Assembly: GCA_964447495.1 (NCBI GenBank)
Contig: CAYUTF010000001.1
Span: 1 to 64,000 of the forward strand
From: an uncultured archaeon
GTDB taxonomy: Archaea; Asgardarchaeota; Lokiarchaeia; Sigyniarchaeales; SOKP01
DNA: 64,000 nucleotides
Direction: 5' to 3'
Of the stretch, positions 7,654 to 17,585 are shown in pieces (positions within the stretch are counted from its first letter, which is position 1; the number at the start of each line of letters is the position of its first letter). Below the pieces are notes generated by a model. It did not search any database. It was not told the DNA's origin and was given only the letters and a program-made list of their open reading frames with translations. The position numbers and the translations under genes were made by a program.

Positions 7654-10104
7654 ATGAAAGAAATTAATCCTGAAGAATTTATCTTAAAGATACCCGAAGA
7701 AGATACCTTGAAAGAGATCAATGCCTTATTTACCGAGAAAGTTGCATATTCCTTTCTTGTGGGTGCCGGAATTTCAATGGATGCTCCTTCTTATGTTCCC
7801 TCGGCTAGGATGTTTGTGAAAGAATTATTCAATTATTATGCTCCTGATGATGAAATTGAAAGTCTCTCGAAATTAGAGTCCTTAAGATATGAATTTTTAG
7901 TAGAGAAAATCCAAAATTTGTTTGATAAAGATCTAACGTTCTTGGATTATTTGGATGAGGTTAAAGAACCGAATGCTAATCATGTGTTTTTAGCTAATAT
8001 GATCATGAGATATAATTATATAATAACAACCAATTTCGATTTTTTGCTTGAAATGGCATTGAAGAATAAACTAGCATCGTTTCCTATGTATCATTCCTAC
8101 CACAAAAAAGTCATGATTATCATTACTAAAGAAGATTATGAGAAAAATGTGAGATTACAATTTCCAATAATTAAAATCCATGGTTCAAAATGGGATTGCA
8201 TTAAAGGGAGGCCCACTAAGAATTCATTAATAACTACTATTAGCGCTCTAGGAAAAGATAAGGAAAAAGGCAAAACCTTCGCTATTGAACCTTTTAAAAA
8301 AAAATTAGTAGATAGCATCATAGAAAACCGAGATCTTGTAGTTATGGGATATTCTGGTAGCGATGATTTCGATATTAGCCCCATGTTAAAAGAATTAACA
8401 AGTGTTAAAAGAATCATTTGGATTGATCATACTCAAGAGCTTGAAACTGAAGAAGTATATAAATATAAACCTTTAGAAATATCAAAAATAAATACCATTT
8501 CAAACCTCTCAAAACAAGATACCATACTCCTTGAACTTGCTTCTCTTAATAATATCGAAGTATTTAAAGTAAGAACAAACACGATTAATTTTGTGAAAAA
8601 GAGATTAGCTCCGGTATTCAACGAGAATTTCGAGACATTAAAAGAAGATTTTTCAAAGAAAGTTCCTAGTTTCAATGAATACATGAGAGAGCACTACTTC
8701 AAAACAACAAATTCTTTCAAATACCGCCTTGCTCACGAAATTTATAGTGATTTAGGTGAAGTACAATCTGCTGAAAGAACAGCTTTAGCAGGATTAGAAA
8801 ATGCAAGACAAGAAAATAATGATATTAATGAGATGTTCTTTACAAATGCATTAGGGTTATTATATCTCACTAAAGGAGACTTAGAAAATGCTTTGGAAAA
8901 ATTTAATGAGACCCTTAAACTAACGGATAAATTAGATCAGAAGAATGAAAAAATTGGAGTTCTCATCAATATTGGAGAATATTATCGAAATAAGGGGGAT
9001 CTTAAAAATTCGCTAAAATATATAATTGACGCATCAAACCAAACCTCTGATGAGACTCCGAACTTGTTAAAATTTTCAATTTTTAATAGTCTGGGAGTCA
9101 TTTATAGGACCAATGGAGATGTCCAAAATGCAATAAAGCATATTAATATCGCTCTCGAAATAGCTGAAAAAATGGGAGATCTATTCAGAAAGGCATTATG
9201 TTATAATAATTTAGCGGGAATATACTTTTTCCAAGGACTACTTGAACCTGCCTTAAAAAATGCTTCTGAAGCACTTAAAATAGATGAGTTATTAGGAGAT
9301 TTAGATGATATGGCTTCAAATTTAAACACGATCGGAAATATTTATCGAACTGCGGGACATTATAATGAGGCATTAAAGTATTTGGAACGAGCTCACCGAA
9401 CCGCTGATAAAACTCAGAATCTAAAAGTTAAAGGCCTCGCAGCTAATTCAATGGGTGTTATTTACTTTAATTACGGAAAGCTTGAATTGGCAATGAAAAT
9501 GTATAATGAGGCATATGAAATTAGAAAAAGATTAGGAGATATATCGGGTCAAGCAACTAGCTTAAACAATATCGGGTTAATTCATCGTGTAAGAAGAGAT
9601 TATAAAACTGCTAATGAATTTTTCACTCAATCAATCGAAATTGCGGAGAGGATTGGAGAAAAAACACACTTGGGAGTACGTTATGCTAATAGAGCGTCCA
9701 TTTATGAGGCAAAGAGGGATTTCCAAAAAGCACTGGAAGAATATAAAAAAGCGCTTGCTATTGAGAGATCGCAGCAAAATTTACACGGAGTTGCCAATCA
9801 ACTTATGAATATTGGAGGAATTTTAGGAGATATGGGTAATCATGATGAGTGTATAGAAAATTATGCCAAAGCGCTTAATATAATGGAAGAGCTGAAAATA
9901 AAACCAGGAATTGCCCAAGCGCTGAATAATCTAGGTTCTGCTTATTATAAATACAAGCAAGATTTTGAAAAATCTATTTCTCTTTTAGAACGATCACTTG
10001 AAATCTATAAGGAAATTGATGACCCTCGGATGATGTCACTAACTACCCAGAATCTTGGTCGTATCAAAAGCCATTATGAAAGTCAAAGAGGAGAGAAATT
10101 ATAA
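7654..10104 (+). CDS. SIR2-like domain protein with a long C-terminal TPR array
   Basis: FLVGAGIS, PNANH, ITTNFD, KIHGS and GYSGSDDFDI, followed by about 10 TPR-like ~40-aa repeats (NNLAGIY, NTIGNIY, NNIGLIH, NNLGSAY). Confidence 0.85.
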   Translation: MKEINPEEFILKIPEEDTLKEINALFTEKVAYSFLVGAGISMDAPSYVPSARMFVKELFNYYAPDDEIESLSKLESLRYEFLVEKIQNLFDKDLTFLDYLDEVKEPNANHVFLANMIMRYNYIITTNFDFLLEMALKNKLASFPMYHSYHKKVMIIITKEDYEKNVRLQFPIIKIHGSKWDCIKGRPTKNSLITTISALGKDKEKGKTFAIEPFKKKLVDSIIENRDLVVMGYSGSDDFDISPMLKELTSVKRIIWIDHTQELETEEVYKYKPLEISKINTISNLSKQDTILLELASLNNIEVFKVRTNTINFVKKRLAPVFNENFETLKEDFSKKVPSFNEYMREHYFKTTNSFKYRLAHEIYSDLGEVQSAERTALAGLENARQENNDINEMFFTNALGLLYLTKGDLENALEKFNETLKLTDKLDQKNEKIGVLINIGEYYRNKGDLKNSLKYIIDASNQTSDETPNLLKFSIFNSLGVIYRTNGDVQNAIKHINIALEIAEKMGDLFRKALCYNNLAGIYFFQGLLEPALKNASEALKIDELLGDLDDMASNLNTIGNIYRTAGHYNEALKYLERAHRTADKTQNLKVKGLAANSMGVIYFNYGKLELAMKMYNEAYEIRKRLGDISGQATSLNNIGLIHRVRRDYKTANEFFTQSIEIAERIGEKTHLGVRYANRASIYEAKRDFQKALEEYKKALAIERSQQNLHGVANQLMNIGGILGDMGNHDECIENYAKALNIMEELKIKPGIAQALNNLGSAYYKYKQDFEKSISLLERSLEIYKEIDDPRMMSLTTQNLGRIKSHYESQRGEKL

Positions 10105-10130
10105 AATAAAAAAAAGAAAAATAAAATTAA

Positions 10131-10967
10131 TTATCCCGTTGGAGAGAAAACTCCTCCGAACACCAACCATGCTAAGAATGTTTTAGAGACAAGACTAAGT
10201 ACTATATACATTCTCTCACCATATAAATAATCCTTCCACTTTCCTACGCCCTTATATTGGAGGATCATGTTAATTGCAAATGTATTAAAAAAGAACAATT
10301 CAATTCCATAAATCCAATAGACAAAAGCAGGAATTTCGCCTCCACTTACTCCTGTATTTATAAAATATGCAGTAATCACTATCCATGGAACGGCTCCAGC
10401 TACAACTCCCAGATAATATGCAGTCCATCTAACTTTTTCTTTTAGCTTTCTTGTATATACATTATGGAGTTCCATCATAAGTCCAAACATGTTCATAAGT
10501 GCGTTTGATATAAAGATCATAAATAAGGACCAGAAATCTAAAACCCCAAAGAATAAAGCGATGAGTACAATCATAACAGAGCTGGAAAGAGCATATTCAA
10601 ACCATCGTACTTTATTTATTCCTTTCTTAAGATCTCTAACATATTTTTTATTTAGGGGGTACGCTATTAGAAAATGTGCTACAGCAGATAACAATAAAAA
10701 TGTACCAACTAAAGCTCCGAGTGCGGTAAATGTAAATAAAACTTCTGGGTTAGGAGATAAGGTGGGTGGAGGTCCGAGATCGAACTCTAAATAGGAGGTA
10801 TAGATATCTGCTGAAAAGGATAAGAAAGGCAAAAATCCAAAGATAACCATTAATATCCCTTGAACTAAGTGTAAAATCATGGCATTTCGATTGAATTTCT
10901 TTAGATACTCAAAGCTAATCTCTGATTTTGGGATTAACCATTCATCTTCATTTTTTGTAGAATTCAT
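10131..10967 (-). CDS. heR: Heliorhodopsin
   Basis: 7-TM protein with LHLVQG (TM1 His), AVAHF (TM2 His), RWFEYALSSS (counterion Glu), FGLMME and ERMYIVLSLVSK (retinal Schiff-base Lys). Confidence 0.95.
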   Translation of the reverse strand: MNSTKNEDEWLIPKSEISFEYLKKFNRNAMILHLVQGILMVIFGFLPFLSFSADIYTSYLEFDLGPPPTLSPNPEVLFTFTALGALVGTFLLLSAVAHFLIAYPLNKKYVRDLKKGINKVRWFEYALSSSVMIVLIALFFGVLDFWSLFMIFISNALMNMFGLMMELHNVYTRKLKEKVRWTAYYLGVVAGAVPWIVITAYFINTGVSGGEIPAFVYWIYGIELFFFNTFAINMILQYKGVGKWKDYLYGERMYIVLSLVSKTFLAWLVFGGVFSPTG

Positions 10968-11048
10968 AATATTTAGGGTTCTTATGAGAATTTAAAAAAA
11001 ACCTATAAAAATTATAAATTTGTAGTATAAATCAAGCAAAAATCTTGA

Positions 11049-11507
11049 TTAATTGAAATAAGTTTTCAAGAAATCTTTTAGTTCTCTACCCTTAGAATCA
11101 TCATATGAACCGCTTGTACGCCAAAGAATTTCTCCACTTTTATTAACCAGGAAGATATAAATGGTCTTTTCGTTTGGAATCTCAAGTTCTTTTTTAAATC
11201 TGGACTTATTCACATATATTGTAATTGTTCTCTCTCGAACATCTTTATTTGGTATACCAGCGCGCATTCCACCATCAATCATAAAATTAATCATCTTATA
11301 ACTACTACTTAAAGCTGGCACTTCATAAAACTTAACTTCTGGAAAATTATTACAAATATTAACTAAATAATCAACCCAACTATCAACCAAATCCTGGTGC
11401 CATCGTTGAAATGGAATTAATATTAGGTTTAGATCACCTTCTAAATCAAACGGTAAATTAAAGTTTTTAAATTCTAAATTTCTACCTTCTACTTCTGGAA
11501 ACATCAT
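11049..11507 (-). CDS. ATP10-like thioredoxin-fold protein
   Basis: FPEVEGRNL..LP.DL, FQRWHQDLVDSW, IDGGMRAGIP and IFLVNKSGEILWRTSG pattern; no CxxC. Confidence 0.6.
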   Translation of the reverse strand: MMFPEVEGRNLEFKNFNLPFDLEGDLNLILIPFQRWHQDLVDSWVDYLVNICNNFPEVKFYEVPALSSSYKMINFMIDGGMRAGIPNKDVRERTITIYVNKSRFKKELEIPNEKTIYIFLVNKSGEILWRTSGSYDDSKGRELKDFLKTYFN

Positions 11508-11697
11508 AATATTAATTATCATTTTTTTTATATCTAACAATAAAAGAAAGAATTAAAATGCTGATATGATATTTTAATCAAATTTCACTCATATAACGAT
11601 ATTGATATAATGCTTATAAGAGATGCATTTATTTATTATGTATTATATTTTATTAACCGTTTCCTATTAGCAATTAGTAGATTTGAATGATTATAAA

Positions 11698-13842
11698 ATG
11701 AGTAACCAAAAAAAAAGTATAAGAAAACCAAAAGGATCTCTTGATAGAACTGTAATTGAGCGCCTTGCTGAATTCTGGCCTGAACCTCGTGAACAACTGC
11801 ATTTTGGTGGTTGGAATGCTACTTATAATCTTATAGAAAAATTAGATTTAAAGAATGTCTCAAATATTCTTGATGTCTGTTGCGGTGAGGGTGGTACTGC
11901 TTGTTGGATAGCAAAGGAATATGGTTGTCGAGTAAGTGGAATAGATATATTAGACAAAGCGATTCTTGTAGCTAATAATCGAGCTAAAAATTATAATGTT
12001 TCTGATTTAGTAGATTTCAAAATTGGGGATGTATTTGAATTACCATATGGAGAATCTTCATTTGACATGGTATATGGTCAAGATCCGGATGGTTTGGCCC
12101 ATAAAGAGCGAAAAGTGATTTTTAAGGAAATTAGTAGAGTTCTTAAACCTCATGGAAGATTTGGGTTCCAATTATGGATACCTTTTTCAAATGTTCCAGA
12201 AAAGAGAATTCAACATTTCGAAAAAATTACGAGTGAAGTAGGGTTTCCAGAAATGATAAGGCTATCAGTGCACGATTTTGTTCAGGATCTGAAAGAAGCA
12301 GGATTTACTAACATTATTATTGAAGATCTTAGTGAAGTCTATGAAACACACCTAAGAGGGATGGAAAAGATATATAAAGAGAAACTTGTAGTGCCTGACA
12401 AATGGCATAAAATGCTTATAGAAATGGCCAATGATGGTTATAAATTTGGTGTAAGGATTATAGCGAAAGTTGTAAAAGAAAAAAAATCGATTAGCTTTTC
12501 AAAAGATCTTCCCAAAGCAGAAGAACTTTATTTCTATGGAACAGGTGTGTATAGTCCAGATCAAATCTTTGATTTTGATACAATTACCGAAGAAAAGAAA
12601 TATCGTAAAATAATCACTGATTATCTACTAAATAATCATACAAAATTTGAATGGTCCAAAGAGAGTGTCGGAGTTTTAGCTTCTGGGGCAGTAGATAATT
12701 ATTCACCGCCTAGAGTGGGCACATTTTTAAGCGTAGATATTACAAATGCACTGGAATCCAAAGAATTTAATATTAAAATTAGCAACGATAAATACATAGA
12801 AGTAAAGATCGATAAGATTCGTATTGATATTTACCATTTTAATTGCGCTATCCTTCATTTCATGGTATATCTTCCTCAAGAATCCTGGCAGGATATGGAA
12901 GTATTAAAAAGGGTTAGATTCTTCATCCAAAAGCATTCACATCCATTAAGTGAATTTGGGATAGATATGGAGTCAATTTTTGCCCCTGTCATCATAGAAT
13001 TAAATTCAATATTTAATAAAGTAGTTGAAGATATAAATCCTCCAATATTGAAGACTCCAATCATGGATTTTACTCGTTTGAGTGAAGAAATGACCACCCA
13101 ATTATTTTGGACACACAGTACGATAGTAGCGATCATGTCAGAAGACTTTAACCCTGATTCGGAACATTTTCAAAAAGTCCTTCTTAATGTCAATCCCGAT
13201 GGAATTTACAATTATTCTATTTTACCTAATATATTTGCTTATGTAGAATCAGGAGATTCTTTGATTTGTTTGCCGAATATTCCAGATATCCGCAATAGAG
13301 CCCCAAAAATCATTGCTAATGAGGACTGGATACAATGGATAGCGATTCAGCATTATACTTGGAAGACAGCTTGGGAATTGGACCGTGGTTTTTATATTCT
13401 CTTGAATATTGTAACTTCTCACTTGAAACATAAAAGAACTGAAGAATATCGAGATGTGTATGCCGTAAATGCTTTGCTAAATCACATCATTTTAGTATTA
13501 GATACTCACAAACCACGAAATGTAACTTCTACGTATTATAGCATTGCTTTTATAGAAAAAATCCGCAAAGTTTGGAGAACTGAAGCTATACTTGAAGCCG
13601 CAACTACAAAAATGGATATTTTACGTGATTTAATAAGTCAACTAGATGAAATTGAATCCGCAAGGAGAAGTAAAAGAGTGGAGTTATTCCTTACATTACT
13701 TGGTATTTTCGCATTAGGCAGCCTAGTCCTTGATTTTTTGGGAGCTCTTTCTTTTCAATTTCCAGATTGGATAACATTAACTCTTGGGTTGAGCATTCCA
13801 GTGATATTCTCAGTCGTGGCATATCGCTTATTGAATGAATAA
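11698..13842 (+). CDS. Class I SAM-dependent methyltransferase fused to a C-terminal CorA-like domain with 2 TM helices
   Basis: LHFGG, ILDVCCGEGG, VSGIDI, GDVFELPY and RVLKPHG, then a ~450-aa domain ending in a long stalk helix and two hydrophobic helices. The alternative start is TTG at 11683. Confidence 0.7.
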   Translation: MSNQKKSIRKPKGSLDRTVIERLAEFWPEPREQLHFGGWNATYNLIEKLDLKNVSNILDVCCGEGGTACWIAKEYGCRVSGIDILDKAILVANNRAKNYNVSDLVDFKIGDVFELPYGESSFDMVYGQDPDGLAHKERKVIFKEISRVLKPHGRFGFQLWIPFSNVPEKRIQHFEKITSEVGFPEMIRLSVHDFVQDLKEAGFTNIIIEDLSEVYETHLRGMEKIYKEKLVVPDKWHKMLIEMANDGYKFGVRIIAKVVKEKKSISFSKDLPKAEELYFYGTGVYSPDQIFDFDTITEEKKYRKIITDYLLNNHTKFEWSKESVGVLASGAVDNYSPPRVGTFLSVDITNALESKEFNIKISNDKYIEVKIDKIRIDIYHFNCAILHFMVYLPQESWQDMEVLKRVRFFIQKHSHPLSEFGIDMESIFAPVIIELNSIFNKVVEDINPPILKTPIMDFTRLSEEMTTQLFWTHSTIVAIMSEDFNPDSEHFQKVLLNVNPDGIYNYSILPNIFAYVESGDSLICLPNIPDIRNRAPKIIANEDWIQWIAIQHYTWKTAWELDRGFYILLNIVTSHLKHKRTEEYRDVYAVNALLNHIILVLDTHKPRNVTSTYYSIAFIEKIRKVWRTEAILEAATTKMDILRDLISQLDEIESARRSKRVELFLTLLGIFALGSLVLDFLGALSFQFPDWITLTLGLSIPVIFSVVAYRLLNE

Positions 13843-14232
13843 AAAATTATTTTTGAGTTTTTTCTATGTTTTTTCTTTCTTTATTAACCCGGCAATAAAT
13901 ATTTACCTCTTTTATAAAAGAATATCCTATGATTGCCTTTCCATTTGAGTTACAGCTAGATAAATATACATGATAAGAACATAAGAAGTATACAAAAGAT
14001 AAGAAGTATTCATGATAGAGAGCGATCTTTAAACTTTTAAATTTAAAATATTTTTGACTTTATAAATACTAGTAATAAAACAAGAAAAGAGAGAATTGAA
14101 TACCGATCTGTAAACCATTACGAGCTTTAATAATATTAATAGAGGTATTAATCATCTGATTTTATTTAAATAACTTAAAACCTATTTTTGTTTAAAAATT
14201 TACTATTTTTAAAAATTTGGAGAATTATAATT

Positions 14233-15981
14233 ATGTACCATTTAGACGGAACAGATATTTTAGACGCTAAATATTATCGAAAAACTTTCAGTGTTTGCCC
14301 TGAATGCTTGGGACGGATTCCAGCTGTAGTAAAGGAAGATGACGATGGTAAAGTTTATATGTATAAAACCTGTGAAGAACATGGTGATTTCAGAGATTTA
14401 ATTAGCTCTTCAGCGAAATATTATAAATGGACGCATTATGCGAAAAAAGATAAAGATGGAAAAGTAGTGTGGCAATTTGAAAAGAACGGTGATGCCAACC
14501 CTCCCGATTGCGCGATAGAGGATCCTCGAGGATGTCCATATAATTGTGGTCTCTGCGCAGAACATCTCTCTACATGTTCACTTGCCCTCATTGACCTTAC
14601 GAATCGATGTAATTTCAACTGTAATTTTTGTTATGCGAATGTGGAAAAAGCAGGTTATTTAATTGAACCAAGCATGGAAGAACTTGAAAGAATTATGGAT
14701 CATTTCCGAAACAAACCCTTTCCTGCTGTAGCAATTATGTTCACTGGCGGTGAGCCAACGGTTCGCAAAGATTTCCCAGAAATCTGTAAAATGGCTAAAG
14801 ATAAAGGCTTTAAGGAAGTTATCGTAGCCACTAATGGTTACGGCTTTCAGAAGAAGAAAGGCGGGCTTGAATGGACTAAAAAAGTCTATGAAATGGGACT
14901 CGATACCCTTTACTTTCAGTTTGACGGAATTAACAATGTCACTTATGAAAAAACTCGTGGAATTAAGAATTTAATGCAATATAAGATGCGAGTTATTGAG
15001 AACTGTCGAAAAGTGGGGCTCTCTTCAATCAATCTTGTTGCAACCATCGCACGCGGAGTCACAGATATTGAAGTGGGGAATATTATTCAGTTTGCACTTG
15101 ATAACATTGATGTAGTACGTGGGATAACCTTTCAGCCTGTTTCTCTGTGCGGAAGAATAAGTGCAGAGGAAATGCGAGATTTGAGGATTACCAATGCAGA
15201 TGTAATTCAAGAAATAGATAATCAAACTGGTGGAAAAATTGGTATTGAAACTTCGTGGTACCCTCTTTCGACCATAGTTGAATTTGGGAGAATTATAGCT
15301 TACTTGGCTGAAGTAGATCCCATAGAATTCACGTGTCATCCGGATTGTGGCTTCGCAAGTTATATGGTCGTCGATCCTGACACGAAAGAGATGGTTCCGA
15401 TTACGGATTACTTCGATCCGCTCAAAGTCATCGATTTCGCCAATAGATTTTGGGCGAAAGTAAAACATAAAGAGAAAGAGCCTCTAAAATTTTTTGAAAA
15501 TTTAATGGGGGATGCGGGTAAAACCTTAGATAACGGTTTAAATTTCTTAGATAAGACGCAGCTGAAAGCACGATTCCTATTAGGCGTACTTCAATATATT
15601 AAGAAACCAGGGAAACTCATGGAAATGTTTTCGCGCTTGGTAATGAATGGAGATTGGGAAAGTATTAGCTCATTTACTCACGGCACATTGCTCTTATCGA
15701 GCATGCATTTTCAGGATGCCTATAATATGGACATAGAAAGGACAAGACGATGCATTGTTCATTTTGGTGTGGCGATGCCTGATGGTTCAGTGAAGGAAGT
15801 TCCATTTTGTACAATGAACACATTACACCGGCCTGATATCGAGAAACAAGTAGCGAAGAAGCTCACTCAAAAGGTCAAACAAGAATTTGATACAAGTTTA
15901 GGCCAAGCACGGGAAGATATAGAACGTGAAATACAACCGAAAGTCGCGCAGAATGGTGGAATAAACAAGGAGGAGAAATAA
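14233..15981 (+). CDS. tes: Radical SAM tetraether lipid synthase (Tes/GDGT-MAS, MJ0619 family)
   Basis: N-terminal SVCPEC...KTCEEHG, CPYNCGLCAEH, DLTNRCNFNCNFCYA (CX3CX2C), TGGEPT, TCHPDCG, HFQDAYN...RCIVH and VPFC. Confidence 0.88.
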   Translation: MYHLDGTDILDAKYYRKTFSVCPECLGRIPAVVKEDDDGKVYMYKTCEEHGDFRDLISSSAKYYKWTHYAKKDKDGKVVWQFEKNGDANPPDCAIEDPRGCPYNCGLCAEHLSTCSLALIDLTNRCNFNCNFCYANVEKAGYLIEPSMEELERIMDHFRNKPFPAVAIMFTGGEPTVRKDFPEICKMAKDKGFKEVIVATNGYGFQKKKGGLEWTKKVYEMGLDTLYFQFDGINNVTYEKTRGIKNLMQYKMRVIENCRKVGLSSINLVATIARGVTDIEVGNIIQFALDNIDVVRGITFQPVSLCGRISAEEMRDLRITNADVIQEIDNQTGGKIGIETSWYPLSTIVEFGRIIAYLAEVDPIEFTCHPDCGFASYMVVDPDTKEMVPITDYFDPLKVIDFANRFWAKVKHKEKEPLKFFENLMGDAGKTLDNGLNFLDKTQLKARFLLGVLQYIKKPGKLMEMFSRLVMNGDWESISSFTHGTLLLSSMHFQDAYNMDIERTRRCIVHFGVAMPDGSVKEVPFCTMNTLHRPDIEKQVAKKLTQKVKQEFDTSLGQAREDIEREIQPKVAQNGGINKEEK

Positions 15982-15983
15982 AT

Positions 15984-16271
15984 ATGCCCGATGAATTAGT
16001 AGAAACGAAGGATGGAATGAAATTACGAAAATTAGTGGAATTAAAGACGACGACAGCGGAAGAATATCAAAAGGCGATGTTAGATCGGGTTGAATATTTC
16101 AAGGAGAAAAATCAACAGAAGAGCCAGTTTAATAGTTTTCTTCAAAACACTGTGGTGAAAGCGTTTAGCACGCTTTTAGACCTCAAGGTTAATGTTGACA
16201 AGGCATTAGGCGAAGAAAACCTGAAAAAAGTCCATGAAGTTTTAGACAACGTTTTGTTATTTGGACTTTAA
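15984..16271 (+). CDS. Hypothetical helical protein in an operon with tes
   Basis: Starts 2 nt after the tes stop, with an AGGAGG SD inside the end of tes. Confidence 0.7.
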   Translation: MPDELVETKDGMKLRKLVELKTTTAEEYQKAMLDRVEYFKEKNQQKSQFNSFLQNTVVKAFSTLLDLKVNVDKALGEENLKKVHEVLDNVLLFGL

Positions 16272-16314
16272 AATTAAATTATTTATCTTTTTATATTTAC
16301 TTTTAACTTTTTTA

Positions 16315-17352
16315 TTAGCGATATAATTGATATAACTCTGTATATTTTTTATTTGAGAAGATCCATTTTTGGATGATATCTTTTGGGAAAAAATCCATCA
16401 ATCCTTCGGTGATTAAGAAATAGACTAAATTATTATTATTTAAATCAACATTTTTAAATATATCATAGCATATAAAATTTTTTTCATCTGGTACTTCTAA
16501 TTCGTCAAAAATTGTTATTAGTTCAAAAGGAAATTCTCTGTAAGAACTTGGATAGCCTTTATGGAATTTCTCATCCCTCAAAGTGGTTATTATGTAGTTT
16601 CGTAATTCAGATTTTTCTTCCAACCATTCAGATCTAAAATAATTCTTATCTACAAAATCATAGTTGAAATCTACTATAAATCTCAATATACTTGGTAAAT
16701 CACTACGCTCAATATGGTTTTTTAAATTTATTTCTACCAATTCTTTTGCTTTTGAATCTCCAAAATAAGCCAGATACTGAATAATAGGAAATATGATTCT
16801 AAGAAAGTCTTTTGTATTGTCAATTTCTTTAATGATATTATTACAGAGTTTAAGATTAACATCTAGAAAACAAAGTTCTAATTCCTCTCTTTCTAAAGAA
16901 TCTAAATAATATTCTTTTACAAGATATAATGCTGTTGGAAGGTATCCACTTGAAAATCGTTTTACAACTTCTTCTTTGTAAAAGCTTCGCGCTTTTATAT
17001 CACCAACATCATAAAGTCGCTTCAGTAAGGGGAACGCTAAATTACTATGCAAGAGACATGTATCATAATTATTTTCTGCCCATATCTGTAAATTTGAGCA
17101 ATGAGCTTGGAATTCTTCTTCAGGAGATAACAGTTTTAGATTTTCATATTCCCCCTCTAAAGAATGGTTATACTTTTCTGATTCTTCATCTATAGAACTA
17201 AAATCTTTAATAAAGCCATTAATATCATCAAACTTTAGATTTGCTAGTAAAATATATTTGCATTGCCTAAATAAGATCCCATCAATATAAATTACTGTCT
17301 TTCCATCTTCTAACTTTAAACTAATATGTTCGTTCACTAGAAATTCTCTCAT
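16315..17352 (-). CDS. Hypothetical protein of a Lokiarchaeia-expanded family
   Basis: F.VNEHISLKLE.GKT.IYI.G..F.QCKY and EEFQAHCSNLQ.W.EN.YDT.LLHSNLAFPLLK.L N-terminal domain, recognised from lokiarchaeal paralog families. Confidence 0.7.
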   Translation of the reverse strand: MREFLVNEHISLKLEDGKTVIYIDGILFRQCKYILLANLKFDDINGFIKDFSSIDEESEKYNHSLEGEYENLKLLSPEEEFQAHCSNLQIWAENNYDTCLLHSNLAFPLLKRLYDVGDIKARSFYKEEVVKRFSSGYLPTALYLVKEYYLDSLEREELELCFLDVNLKLCNNIIKEIDNTKDFLRIIFPIIQYLAYFGDSKAKELVEINLKNHIERSDLPSILRFIVDFNYDFVDKNYFRSEWLEEKSELRNYIITTLRDEKFHKGYPSSYREFPFELITIFDELEVPDEKNFICYDIFKNVDLNNNNLVYFLITEGLMDFFPKDIIQKWIFSNKKYTELYQLYR

Positions 17353-17585
17353 ATGCCCAATAAAAGAATAAATATGATTATATTTAAAAGTATATGAAAA
17401 ATGTCATTATATTATTACATATAATTTTCAATAATAGATTTTTTATAAAAATCTTATAAAAGCTAAATTTTAAGTTTACTTCAGCAATAGGATATTTGAT
17501 TTGTAGTGCTTAGGCATTTAAATCATAAGGAGAAGGTTTAAAGCATTTTTACAAAGATTAGATCATGAAAGAAGGTGGTTATTGA

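Noticed and set aside
13969-14017. Short repeats (ATAAGAAGTAT x2, CATGATA x2) as a degenerate CRISPR or MITE
   Set aside because: Too short and only two copies; at most a transcription-factor site upstream of tes.
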